In this document: piece by piece, positions 20,566 through 31,616 of the stretch
Numbering within the stretch: position 1 is the first letter of the stretch
Layout: the number at the start of each line of letters is the position of its first letter
Source: Octopus bimaculoides
Taxonomy: Eukaryota
NCBI RefSeq assembly: GCF_001194135.2
Contig: NC_068983.1
Coordinates: 68,998,313-69,038,604, forward strand
Reading direction: 5' to 3'
Length of the DNA: 40,292 nucleotides
Notes under the pieces: generated by a model
Seen by the model: the letters and a program-made list of their open reading frames with translations, nothing else
Told to the model about the DNA's origin: nothing
Database searches by the model: none
Position numbers and translations under genes: made by a program

Positions 20566-21797
20566 CCTTCCTTCAAATGAGTTTTTTTCTTCTTTTTTTT
20601 TTAAAGGAACATAACTTCAAAAGAATACATTATCTTTAAAAAACATTGGAAGATGACTTTGGAAAGAAGATACCCGCACATACATGCACATAAACGAACT
20701 ATTACAAATTCACACAAACACACCCTCACACACACACACACACACACACATATAAACATACACGCATACACCCTTACCTACATATATAAAGAAACTTATA
20801 TTCAAATACTTGCACATGCGTACACGCATATAGACAGGCACGTACACACTCATGCATATTTATATACATTAGTGTACAGACATACACATGGATGCACATG
20901 CGTACCAACCTATATAATATGTATATATATATATATATATATATNNNNNNNNNNNNNNNNNNNNNNNNNNNNNNNNNNNNNNNNNNNNNNNNNNNNNNNN
21001 NNNNNNNNNNNNNNNNNNNNNNNNNNNNNNNNNNNNNNNNNNNNNNNNNNNNNNNNNNNNNNNNNNNNNNNNNNNNNNNNNNNNNNNNNNNNNNNNNNNN
21101 NNNNNNNNNNNNNNNNNNNNNNNNNNNNNNNNNNNNNNNNNNNNNNNNNNNNNNNNNNNNNNNNNNNNNNNNNNNNNNNNNNNNNNNNNNNNNNNNNNNN
21201 NNNNNNNNNNNNNNNNNNNNNNNNNNNNNNNNNNNNNNNNNNNNNNNNNNNNNNNNNNNNNNNNNNNNNNNNNNNNNNNNNNNNNNNNNNNNNNNNNNNN
21301 NNNNNNNNNNNNNNNNNNNNNNNNNNNNNNNNNNNNNNNNNNNNNNNNNNNNNNNNNNNNNNNNNNNNNNNNNNNNNNNNNNNNNNNNNNNNNNNNNNNN
21401 NNNNNNNNNNNNNNNNNNNNNNNNNNNNNNNNNNNNNNNNNNNNNNNNNNNNNNNNNNNNNNNNNNNNNNNNNNNNNNNNNNNNNNNNNNNNNNNNNNNN
21501 NNNNNNNNNNNNNNNNNNNNNNNNNNNNNNNNNNNNNNNNNNNNNNNNNNNNNNNNNNNNNNNNNNNNNNNNNNNNNNNNNNNNNNNNNNNNNNNNNNNN
21601 NNNNNNNNNNNNNNNNNNNNNNNNNNNNNNNNNNNNNNNNNNNNNNNNNNNNNNNNNNNNNNNNNNNNNNNNNNNNNNNNNNNNNNNNNNNNNNNNNNNN
21701 NNNNNNNNNNNNNNNNNNNNNNNNNNNNNNNNNNNNNNNNNNNNNNNNNNNNNNNNNNNNNNNNNNNNNNNNNNNNNNNNNNNNNNNNNNNNNNNNN

Positions 21798-21871
<74 letters not shown>

Positions 21872-21873
<2 letters not shown>

Positions 21874-22042
21874 TATGTTTGTCGTCCTACCATCGCATGA
21901 CAACCGATGTTGGTGTGTTTATGTCCCCTAATTTAGTACTAGGCTTACAAAGAATAAGTCCTGGGGTCGATTTGTTCGACTAAAGGCGTGCTTCAGCATG
22001 GCCGCAGTCAAATGATCCAAACAAGTAAAAGAGTAAAAGAAT
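21872..22042 (+). mobile_element. SINE family C, 3' half with an internal deletion
   Basis: GACAACCGATGTTGGTGTG..AAGTCCTGGGGTCGATTTGTTCGACTAAAGGCG..CAGCATGGCCGCAGTCAAATG..GTAAAAGAGTAAAAGAAT; matches 35030-35224. Confidence 0.88.
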
Positions 22043-22303
22043 ATATATATATATATATATGAGAGATAGAGAGAGAGAGAGCGGGAAAGGAGAGGAGAGA
22101 CAGACAGACAGACAAAGAGGGAGAGAGAGGGTTAGCAAGAGTGTTAGGGTGAGAGAGAAATCAGCATTGAAAGCAGTGTATGTGAACATGTCGAGGATTG
22201 GCTAGGGTAGTGGGTAGGTGTTATGGACGAATTAGTCGGTATTATAGCTTAGATATAGTACTTGTTTACCTCGCAAAGAATATTCACAGCAAATTTATGC
22301 AAG

Positions 22304-22378
22304 CATACATACATACATACATACATACATACATACATACATACATACATACATACGTACGTACACACACACACACAT

Positions 22379-22472
<94 letters not shown>

Positions 22473-22610
22473 GCATGTATGTATGTGCCTCTGTGTGTGT
22501 ATGTGCCGGTTATTGTGTATATGCATCCGTATATATACGTATTATGTATGTATGTATGTATGTATGTATATATGTATGTATGTATGTATTTTGTATGTAT
22601 GTATGTATAA
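22304..22610. repeat. (CATA)n(CA)n(TATG)n compound microsatellite
   Basis: Direct reading. Confidence 0.95.
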
Positions 22611-24354
22611 AAGAATACAGAATCTTGGTGTTCTGCGTTACACTTATCTGAATTATTTTTATGCCTCCTACAGTATATTCAATATCCGGAAAACTCCGAG
22701 GGAGTTTGCACTACGGACCGTTTTGCAGTTTGCTGGCGTCCCCTCAGTTTGCTGGCAGTCTTAAATATTCAGATACTATAAAAAGCAGTCATAAGTTAAG
22801 CTATTACCATAGTGGGCAGCTTAATTTGTATATTTTTGTTTTTGATGGCTCGTCAATAATTAAACAAGATATATGAAATGCACAACACAGTGTGAATCAG
22901 AACACCTGGCTGTGAGAGGAAACAACAAAAATGTAAGCATTTTTTATCTATGCTTTCGGTGGGCGGGAAAATGAAAGGCAATCTGTTGGTGAACAATTTC
23001 GCAGTTATTCTTACCACTTTTCAGAGAAAAAGCATCTGATTTTCGTTCCCAATCGATTGAATATATACCTTTTATCAATAAAGCATATATAATATTTAAT
23101 TAGTGATGGATTTTCAAAACCAAAATGATGCTCTATATGGTAGTCATTATTCTATGTTATTGATTAGGGATACAAATTGTACACATTTTCTCTAAGGAAT
23201 GATCAACAGACTGCGAATCGGTCCTTCGAGAGAATCCCCACATATTTTCGCAGAGCCAGAGTTTTGAAGGGCTGTATCTACATTATTATAATGTGTTTGC
23301 ATTCTTATAATTTCTAATCAAGCTAGGATTTCTAACGTGTGTGTGTTGTGTTTTCGTTTCGCAATGTATATCTGTATTAGAGATATGCAGAGTATATCTT
23401 TATACTTACATAGTCAATATAAATGTAAAATGTAAAATAGCTGGCTGGTTGGTTGGTTGAATTCTCCAGTCACGCTTTACATCGTATAGAGAGAGAGAGG
23501 GGGAGAGGGAATAAAGAGGGATACAGAGAGAGTTAACATAAAAGGTGCAAGATGAGTGCGCGCACTAAGTTTGGTGGCAATGGAGTAAGCGAATTTTACA
23601 CAGTGAGAAAGACTCATAGAGACAAAGAAGGAGGAGGGGTAGAAGGAGAGGAGGGAAATGACATAGTAGCTATGGGAGGAATTATACAAACAAGAAATTT
23701 GTTTTATTCAATTTTATTTTGAGATAATTTTTCTTTTGAAAATTGTATTCGACTCCTAATTTTGTAAGCTACAAGGAATTTGATAGAAGTTAAAATATAA
23801 TTATTTCATGTATGCCATATTTCCTGATATTACCGGTGGTGGAGAATGTTTACCTCCGAATCATTTGACAGGTAACACTGTAGTTAAATGCATACAACAC
23901 CGACTTTCCAGATACTCATTGTCCGGAGCTTATAATTTGCCCTATTTTACTTGCAGGAATAGTTTCAATACAATTTGTATCATTTATACTAACATACAAG
24001 TATCTATATTTCATTTAATTATTCAAGTAAATTTAATATCCATTTAATTTAAAGTGTGTTGATCAAGGTAACCACCCCTGGCTCTGGAAAATTAGTAGTC
24101 CAAAAAGGCTTTAGAACGAAAGTGTCAGGAAACCCAATGTCGTACATGTATAAATGTTGCGATTTTCTCGACCAGTTAACACAATCTTCAGTAAGACGAA
24201 AGGTATGGAAACAAATAAATGAACGCCAATATTTAAAGACTCAATATTTTCATATGTTGGTGTAAATTTAGTGAATAACGAATGCAACATACATTCAACT
24301 ATTCATAATTTTCAAAATTTAATATTTGTATATCGAAGCATAAAGTAAAAACTA

Positions 24355-24422
<68 letters not shown>

Positions 24423-24796
24423 TTGCACGCATGAACACAGATTTTTGTTGTATGCCTAGTGAAATTTACGATGTTACAAATATTTCTATATTTGCATTCC
24501 TTCATTTCTTTCGGACGGCGGAAGAGTGTATTGAATGAACTGAAGTCTACTTGGACAACAAAGATTCCAGCAGGTTAGCACTCGATTGAGACGGTTGAAA
24601 AATGGCGTGACGAAGATATTTCATAATGCTATAAACAAATGAATGAATAAATGAAGACCATAATGAGTGCATATTTTTTCATTGACAAAATGACCCTTCG
24701 ATAAGTCTTCAATTGGTATTAACTGAAAGGTTTCGTTTAAAAAAGGTGCAAATCCAATATGTGAACTATCTGCGCGCGCGCGTATACATACATACA

Positions 24797-24854
<58 letters not shown>

Positions 24855-24947
24855 CATACATATATATATATATACATGTATATACACACACATACACCTG
24901 TATGTATACACGCATACACTCAATTGAAATTAGTTATGAAATATATC

Positions 24948-25014
24948 GTTATCAGTAAGGAAGTACCCATGGTAACCTACTCTACTTTCTGTTATTAATA
25001 TCCAACTTCAAAAG
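24948..25014 (+). repeat. Unclassified dispersed repeat, copy 1
   Basis: GTTATCAGTAA..AAGTA.CCATGG...CTGTTAT.A.TA..CAACTTCAAAAG shared with 36361-36422. Confidence 0.7.
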
Positions 25015-25300
25015 TACGATATGGAACGATTAGATTAGGAAAAATAAATAATCATTGTTATCAGTGTTTCATACTTATATGCACCACATAACCAAGATAT
25101 ATACACCACTGTATATACACTATATAGCCAAGATACTGCGGCTTTCATCCGGGATATAATCTCTTACGGATGTTCTGTATTTAAAAACCACAGAGGACAA
25201 AAAAATCGTTCTGCAATCAGTTAGCAAGAACGCCAGATGCAGTTTAGTCTTCTTAGGCTTTGACGATGACGTGTACACGCGACTACATGCATGGACGAGA

Positions 25301-25673
25301 TTCTTTCATTCTTTTCTTTTATTCTTTTATTTGTTTCAGTCATTTGACTGCGGCCATGCTGGAGCACCGCCTTTAGTCGAACAAATCAACCCGAGGACTT
25401 ATTCTTTGTAAGCTTAGTACTTATTCTATTGGTCTCTTATGCCAAGCTGCTGTGTTACGGGGACGTAAAGGCACCAANNNNNNNNNNTATATATATATAT
25501 ATTTATGTACGACAGACTTCTTACAGTTTTCTTTCTACCAAATCCACTCACAAAGCTTTGGGCGGCCCGAGGCTATAGTAGAAGACAATTGCTCAAGGTG
25601 CCACGCAGTGGGACTGAACCCGGAACCATGTGATTGGTAAGCAAGCCACTTACGACACAACCACTCCTGTGCC
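25301..25673 (-). mobile_element. tRNA-derived SINE family C, full length (10-N gap in its central microsatellite)
   Basis: Reverse complement starts GGCACAGGAGTGGTTGTGTCGTAAG, with B-box-like GGGTTCAGTCCC, then GCACCTTGAGCAATTGTCTT, and an (ATAAAAGA)n tail. Confidence 0.9.
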
Positions 25674-25922
25674 TTAGGCACTTGCAATATATAGAAAACA
25701 GTGAATAATATATGCACCGATATTGCGAATAATTACCGGGCAAAATAAGAAATCGGTGTACGCATTTAATGCAGTATTAAATTTAAAAAGCCATCTATGT
25801 ATCATATTTAGCGTATAACCGTCCCAGCAGCTATTGGCAATATCAGTGAACGTATGCACTGTTCACTATATATGCTGGAGGCACCAATATTTGTCTGAGC
25901 ATGTAACTGCGGGTGCCAGTAC

Positions 25923-25965
25923 ATGTCACTGACGAAGACTATGAAGACTGAAATGCATTTAACGT
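25923..25965 (+). ncRNA. Degenerate minimal hammerhead-ribozyme-like motif
   Basis: ATGTCA-CTGACGA-AGAC.TATGAA.GACT-GAAA-TGCAT-T-TAACGT. Core intact; one mismatch each in stems I and II. Confidence 0.35.
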
Positions 25966-26545
25966 TCTCGCTTGCCGCTGCAGAGATGATTTTTTTCGCC
26001 TCACTTCTATCTGTAAGAGATTGTTTATCTTGGACGAAAACCGAAACATCTTGCTTATTAACAGTGTATATACGTTAATTATGATACATAGATGACTATT
26101 TTGATTTCATGTTAATTCGGGTCAACTAGGTGAAAATCAAGAGAAAATACTGAAAAATATGAACAAAAGCCCGCAAACATAAAGACAGAATATCAAATCA
26201 ATTTTAAATCTCGCTTTTATTTCAGTAGAAATAGAATTTATCTTAAAATACGGTACCTCGTATTGTAGAGTTTTGAAGTGTGGTAGCTAAATTTACGGTA
26301 CATTGAGTTATTGTAATTTACTCCTTCAGACAAATTTTTATGCTCGCACACTCATATAAAACTTGGTCTCAGACTCCTATAAACTATTCTTAACGTTATC
26401 TAAATTCCTCTCACTGATTTTCCTCCGCTCCCAGTTTTTTTTTTACTATAAAACATTATGCTAAAAACTTTCACTACCTATTTCCATTGTTTCAATCATC
26501 ACGTTGTCTCCTCTAAAACAACACTATTTTTCACTTGAAATTCCC

Positions 26546-26580
26546 TTCTTGATGAAGGACCATTGTCCGAAACATTGATT
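26546..26580 (+). ncRNA. Degenerate minimal hammerhead-like motif in a probable Penelope-type terminal repeat
   Basis: TTGATGA-A-GGAC.CATT.GTCC-GAAA-CATT. Perfect stem II and GAAA; C3>T; CGTT>CATT (CpG-type decay); stem I weak. Confidence 0.4.
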
Positions 26581-26806
26581 TCTCGTCTATTCCTTGTTCA
26601 TTTACTTTCTTCTCTTGTTCATTGTTTTGTTGGTGTTTATGAAAGTAACTGGTATGACTGACTCTGTTTATCTATGTATATGTGCTTGAGTTTTTATGAA
26701 TTCTATAGATATGTGTGTGGTTATAAGTATGTAATATGCAGATACTAATGTGTCCACGTGATTATTCTGTTATACGATCGCGTGTGTGTGCATGTGTGTA
26801 TATGTG

Positions 26807-26898
<92 letters not shown>

Positions 26899-27421
26899 TG
26901 GGTGAGTAAGCATGAAGGAGAATGCTTTCTTGTATAATTTTGTGGAAACATTGTCCTTTGAGGTTTGAAACCGGTAATATGTGGTGAGAAGGATCCTACC
27001 ACTTACACAAAGACAACTATAAAAATAGCGACAGTCTTATGTACTTTTATTTCATAAACTCTTTTTCAGTCACACCTCCAATTCCTTTCCTTTCCTCTCT
27101 TCTTCCCTCTTTCTTTTCACTTCTTATTAATGGCTGCCATCTTCCTTTCCCTTTTCCTTGGGAGATTTACCATACAGTATTCTCATATTCTCATGGATGT
27201 GTTCATTAGATCAAAGAACAACTGGTAAATATTTTACATATTTGCAGAGATTTGTATTCTTTTTCTTTCACACTCTTTTTTCTTTTAAGACTAATGATTT
27301 ATGAGCGAATATCAATAATGAAAAGGTCATCTGATCCGTTTCATACCGTTTAATACCTCTCACTTGCGACACATTCTACATCTGTGATATTAAAGGAAAA
27401 TTTGTGAGCGCGCGTATGTTA

Positions 27422-27471
<50 letters not shown>

Positions 27472-29039
27472 NNNNNNNNNNNNNNNNNNNNNNNNNNNNN
27501 NNNNNNNNNNNNNNNNNNNNNNNNNNNNNNNNNNNNNNNNNNNNNNNNNNNNNNNNNNNNNNNNNNNNNNNNNNNNNNNNNNNNNNNNNNNNNNNNNNNN
27601 NNNNNNNNNNNNNNNNNNNNNNNNNNNNNNNNNNNNNNNNNNNNNNNNNNNNNNNNNNNNNNNNNNNNNNNNNNNNNNNNNNNNNNNNNNNNNNNNNNNN
27701 NNNNNNNNNNNNNNNNNNNNNNNNNNNNNNNNNNNNNNNNNNNNNNNNNNNNNNNNNNNNNNNNNNNNNNNNNNNNNNNNNNNNNNNNNNNNNNNNNNNN
27801 NNNNNNNNNNNNNNNNNNNNNNNNNNNNNNNNNNNNNNNNNNNNNNNNNNNNNNNNNNNNNNNNNNNNNNNNNNNNNNNNNNNNNNNNNNNNNNNNNNNN
27901 NNNNNNNNNNNNNNNNNNNNNNNNNNNNNNNNNNNNNNNNNNNNNNNNNNNNNNNNNNNNNNNNNNNNNNNNNNNNNNNNNNNNNNNNNNNNNNNNNNNN
28001 NNNNNNNNNNNNNNNNNNNNNNNNNNNNNNNNNNNNNNNNNNNNNNNNNNNNNNNNNNNNNNNNNNNNNNNNNNNNNNNNNNNNNNNNNNNNNNNNNNNN
28101 NNNNNNNNNNNNNNNNNNNNNNNNNNNNNNNNNNNNNNNNNNNNNNNNNNNNNNNNNNNNNNNNNNNNNNNNNNNNNNNNNNNNNNNNNNNNNNNNNNNN
28201 NNNNNNNNNNNNNNNNNNNNNNNNNNNNNNNNNNNNNNNNNNNNNNNNNNNNNNNNNNNNNNNNNNNNNNNNNNNNNNNNNNNNNNNNNNNNNNNNNNNN
28301 NNNNNNNNNNNNNNNNNNNNNNNNNNNNNNNNNNNNNNNNNNNTATTATATTATATTATATTATATTATATTATATTATATTATATTATATTAAAGAAAA
28401 AAAGCAAAGCCAAGGCAGAACGAGTACCTCAAGTCATTTAGTGTAAGTTAATTAGGGTAAGGTGAATCTGAAGTCTTTCAACCGTTTCTGGGATATACCA
28501 CCTGGATTTACCTGAGATTTTAACCAAGGACCTATACCTTCATGGAAGTACTGACCAACATGCATATTCTCTGGAAAATGACGAGTTGTGAACATTAATC
28601 TTCCGCCTGCGTACTACCCTTACTTTTTATTCAGTTTTTCCCCTTATTTAACGGTCATTCTTATAGCTCTTTTGTCTTAATAACGGTCAATTACATAGTA
28701 ATTTCATTTTGTTTAACGGTCATTTTCATAGCATTTTTTGATTGCCTCGATAACTGAAGCGATGCCGGAGCAGGTTTCCGCCCTGACATCCGAAACTTGG
28801 AGTTTTATTATGGCAACCATATTACAGATATATATATANNNNNNNNNNNNNNNNNNNNNNNNNNNNNNNNNNNNNNNNNNNNNNNNNNNNNNNNNNNNNN
28901 NNNNNNNNNNNNNNNNNNNNNNNNNNNNNNNNNNNNNNNNNNNNNNNNNNNNTTTTTTTTGCAAGTGCCACCAATTGGGAAGCACTCAGTCTTATCGTTA
29001 AAGGTGAAGAACTGAACAATACCAATTGATGAACAATTA

Positions 29040-29235
29040 CAGACCTTAGAAATGAGAACCCAGACCTTAGAAATGAGAACCCAGGTACAAAATTTCCCCA
29101 AGACACCTGAAGAAGATTGAAGGGTATATCAGTCGAAACGTTGTGTTAACAACAAACAAGATGAGGACAAATATCCGTCGAATGTAAATAATGTAAATAA
29201 TGTACAGAATTCTTCATCTCTTAAATATAGAACTG
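29040..29235 (+). mobile_element. Solo terminal repeat (pLTR) of the Penelope-like family
   Basis: About 130 bp of close homology to 10762-10890; 21-bp tandem duplication CAGACCTTAGAAATGAGAACC (29040-29060 / 29061-29081). Confidence 0.85.
29102..29147 (+). ncRNA. Minimal type I hammerhead ribozyme
   Basis: Stem I GACAC/GTGTT; core CTGAAGA (CUGANGA) plus an extra A; stem II GATTGA/TCAGTC with an 8-nt loop; GAAA; palindromic AC-GT stem III; predicted cleavage after GUU (29142). Confidence 0.75.
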
Positions 29236-30529
29236 TATTCTTTTATTCTTTTATGTGTTTCAGCCTTGAGGCTGTGGCCATGCTGGGGCACCGCCAGTGT
29301 AATCACCTTTTCACTGACCAATTCTATGGGATTGGCTTTTAGTGCCCTCTTTTGTATTTTTCTGCCTTGATATTGGTTCATCTGGGATCTTGGGTAGCAA
29401 AAAGTCAAGTTGCTTCTTGAAAACATCTACCCCTACTCCATGGAAATCCCTCAGATGTTTTGGCAAGGAGTTAAATAGCTGTGGGCCCTCGAATTCCAAG
29501 CTATTGCAGTACATGATCCTCACCTTAGATGAGACAGCGGGACATTTGGAACAGTGCAGTGACGACCAATTCAAGGTCTGGTATAACTTTCAATCACAAA
29601 CTTTGGTACCAGTCCCTCCAGTATCTTCCTCACATATATCACTGCATACCACTCCCGTCTTTGGTCCAGGGAGTAGAGTCGTATTTATTTCAGTCTCTCC
29701 CAGTAGCTCAGCTGTTCAATTGATGCAGTCTTCCTCGTGTAGTATCCCTGAACCGCCTCAAGTTCTGCTATTAATCCGACACTGTAAGGTGACCACAGTT
29801 GAGAGCAATAATCAGGACGGCTGAGGAAAAATGTCCTCCATTGGACCAGCATAGTTTCCTGGTCCCTAGTTCTGAAGGTTCTCAGAATCCATCCGGCCAT
29901 TCCCTGCACACTGCCACCATCTTGGTGACATGCATGTGAAATGAGGCATCGTTGCTCCTATCAATCCCAAGATGACGCACCGTATGTGATTCTAGGATTA
30001 CCGCTCCTTTTGGTCCAACGTATCGCTGTTGTGACTTCTGAGAACCAATTAGCTGGTAGCGGAAGGCTTGGAATTTGCCTGCATTAAATTGCATGTTGTT
30101 GTCCTTATCCCATTTATATATGGCAACTAGGTCGTTCTGTAGAAGATTAGCATCAGAAGGTTCCTTGACTGCTTCTACAACTTTTGTGTCGTCGACATAG
30201 CTAGTAAGTGTGACTGGTTGTCTAACTCATGGCATGTCTGAAAGAGCCACCATGAACAGCAGCGGCCCCAATACAGTTTCCTAAGGCACTTCACTTTATA
30301 TTGATGTCTCCGTGGAGAGAGCTCTGTTGGCTGCTAGTTGGTTTCTGTCTTCTAAGAAGTCATGCAACCACTCCGATTTTCCCAGTTATGCCGAGTCTCC
30401 GTAGTTTGTGACATATCATCCCATAATCAACATGTCAAAGGCCTTTGCAAACTCGAGATACATCACATCCACATTTGAAAGATTCATTAATTGTTTCAAT
30501 ACCCAGTCATAGTGTTGCAAAAGCTGTGT
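29236..30529 (-). mobile_element. CR1/Jockey-group LINE, 5'-truncated, RT region through 3' tail
   Basis: TQLLQHYDWVL..VDVMYLEFAKAFD, P*ETVLGPLLF, SYVDDTKV, LQNDL..NNMQFNAGKFQ, AGWILRTF, YCSQLWSP, GPQLFNSLPKHLRD..KIPDEP. 3' UTR with an (ATAAAAGA)n tail. Confidence 0.9.
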
Positions 30530-30531
30530 AA

Positions 30532-30639
30532 GGTACTAAATTTATCGACCCCGAAAAGATGAAAAGCAAAGTCAACCTCGGCGGAAATCCCGCGAAGCAT
30601 TTCGCCTGGCGTGCTGACAATTCTGTAAGCTCGCTGCCC

Positions 30640-30640
<1 letters not shown>
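30532..30640 (-). mobile_element. SINE family A, 5' portion with a deletion, abutting the CR1 truncation point
   Basis: GGTACTAAATTTATCGACCCCGAAAAGATGAAAAGCAAAGTCAACCTCGGCGGAA...GCTCGCTGCCCTA. Confidence 0.85.

Positions 30641-30715
<75 letters not shown>
30640..30715. repeat. (TAA)n microsatellite between two SINE A copies
   Basis: Direct reading. Confidence 0.97.
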
Positions 30716-30878
30716 CCTTTCTACTATAGTGCAAGGCCCGAAATTTGGTAGGAGGGGGACTAGTCAATTACATCGACACCAGTGTCTCACTGGTACTTAA
30801 TTTATCGCCACCGAAAGGATGAAAGCAAAGTCGACCTCGGCGGAATATGAAGTCAGAACGTAGCGACGGGCGAAATGC

Positions 30879-30957
<79 letters not shown>

Positions 30958-31040
30958 GTGGTGAGTCGTGGTTTATTTGAAACGACATAGCTAAGCATTT
31001 CTTCCGGTACGCACTAGCGACTCTGCCGGCTCGCTGCCTG
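30716..31040 (-). mobile_element. SINE family A, full length, interrupted at 30879-30989
   Basis: CCTTTCTACTATAG...GGCGAAATGC [(AAC)n(AAT)n + about 33 nt] GCTAAGCATTT...GCTCGCTGCCT. Confidence 0.85.
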
Positions 31041-31562
31041 AGAATGTGAAATTTTAATAGACACAATTTGAAAAGAAATAATCAGTTATGTGACTTTCTT
31101 GATATTCCCTACAAAAATTGTTTGAGCACAACAATTCTCAGTGAATCAATATTCTCAGACCAACTGAAGATGATCAATATATTTTCAGAACAATTTCTCC
31201 AAACCACAACATATTCATGCGATTGTATTTATTGCAGACATAAATACATATCACAGACAAGACCTGGAATTACTGCTTCTGTGAGTGTGGGTATGCAAGC
31301 GTATCTGTGTATATATGTGTGTGTGTGTGTGTGTGTTTGTGTATGCGTGAGAGTGTGTGTGAATGTAGGTCTCTTCTATTTCTTAATTACTATAAATCTT
31401 CCACTGAGCAGGGAGCCGGTTTCCAACAAAGATACAACGCTCCATCTTTGGGGTGTAGTTAACACAAACAAATTCACATTTGGAATTTGAGAAAAGTCTT
31501 GCATACTTTTGTGGTTCCACTCACAGATTGCACTTGTAATGAACAAATCAGGCGGTCAATTT

Positions 31563-31616
31563 TTCATCCAGTTCATCCAATTCATCCAGTTCATCCAGTT
31601 CATCCAGTTCATCCAG
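31563..31616. repeat. 9-bp minisatellite (TTCATCCAG)x6
   Basis: Six units, one ending in A instead of G. Confidence 0.95.

Noticed and set aside
17237-22764. Long ORFs of poly-C, poly-T, poly-D, SL, HT, YI, CV and X
   Set aside because: They are translations of di-, tri- and tetranucleotide repeats or N runs that lack stop codons, and show no domain signal.
24051-24202. Open frame VLIKVTTPGSG...SSVRRK ending at AAG|GTATGG, a possible exon
   Set aside because: Weak acceptor, unrecognised peptide, and competing open frames on the other strand.
31563-31616. Regular short repeats as a CRISPR-like array (also 2442-2485, 28649-28740, 37153-37300)
   Set aside because: They are tandem units without unique spacers, in a eukaryotic context with no cas genes.
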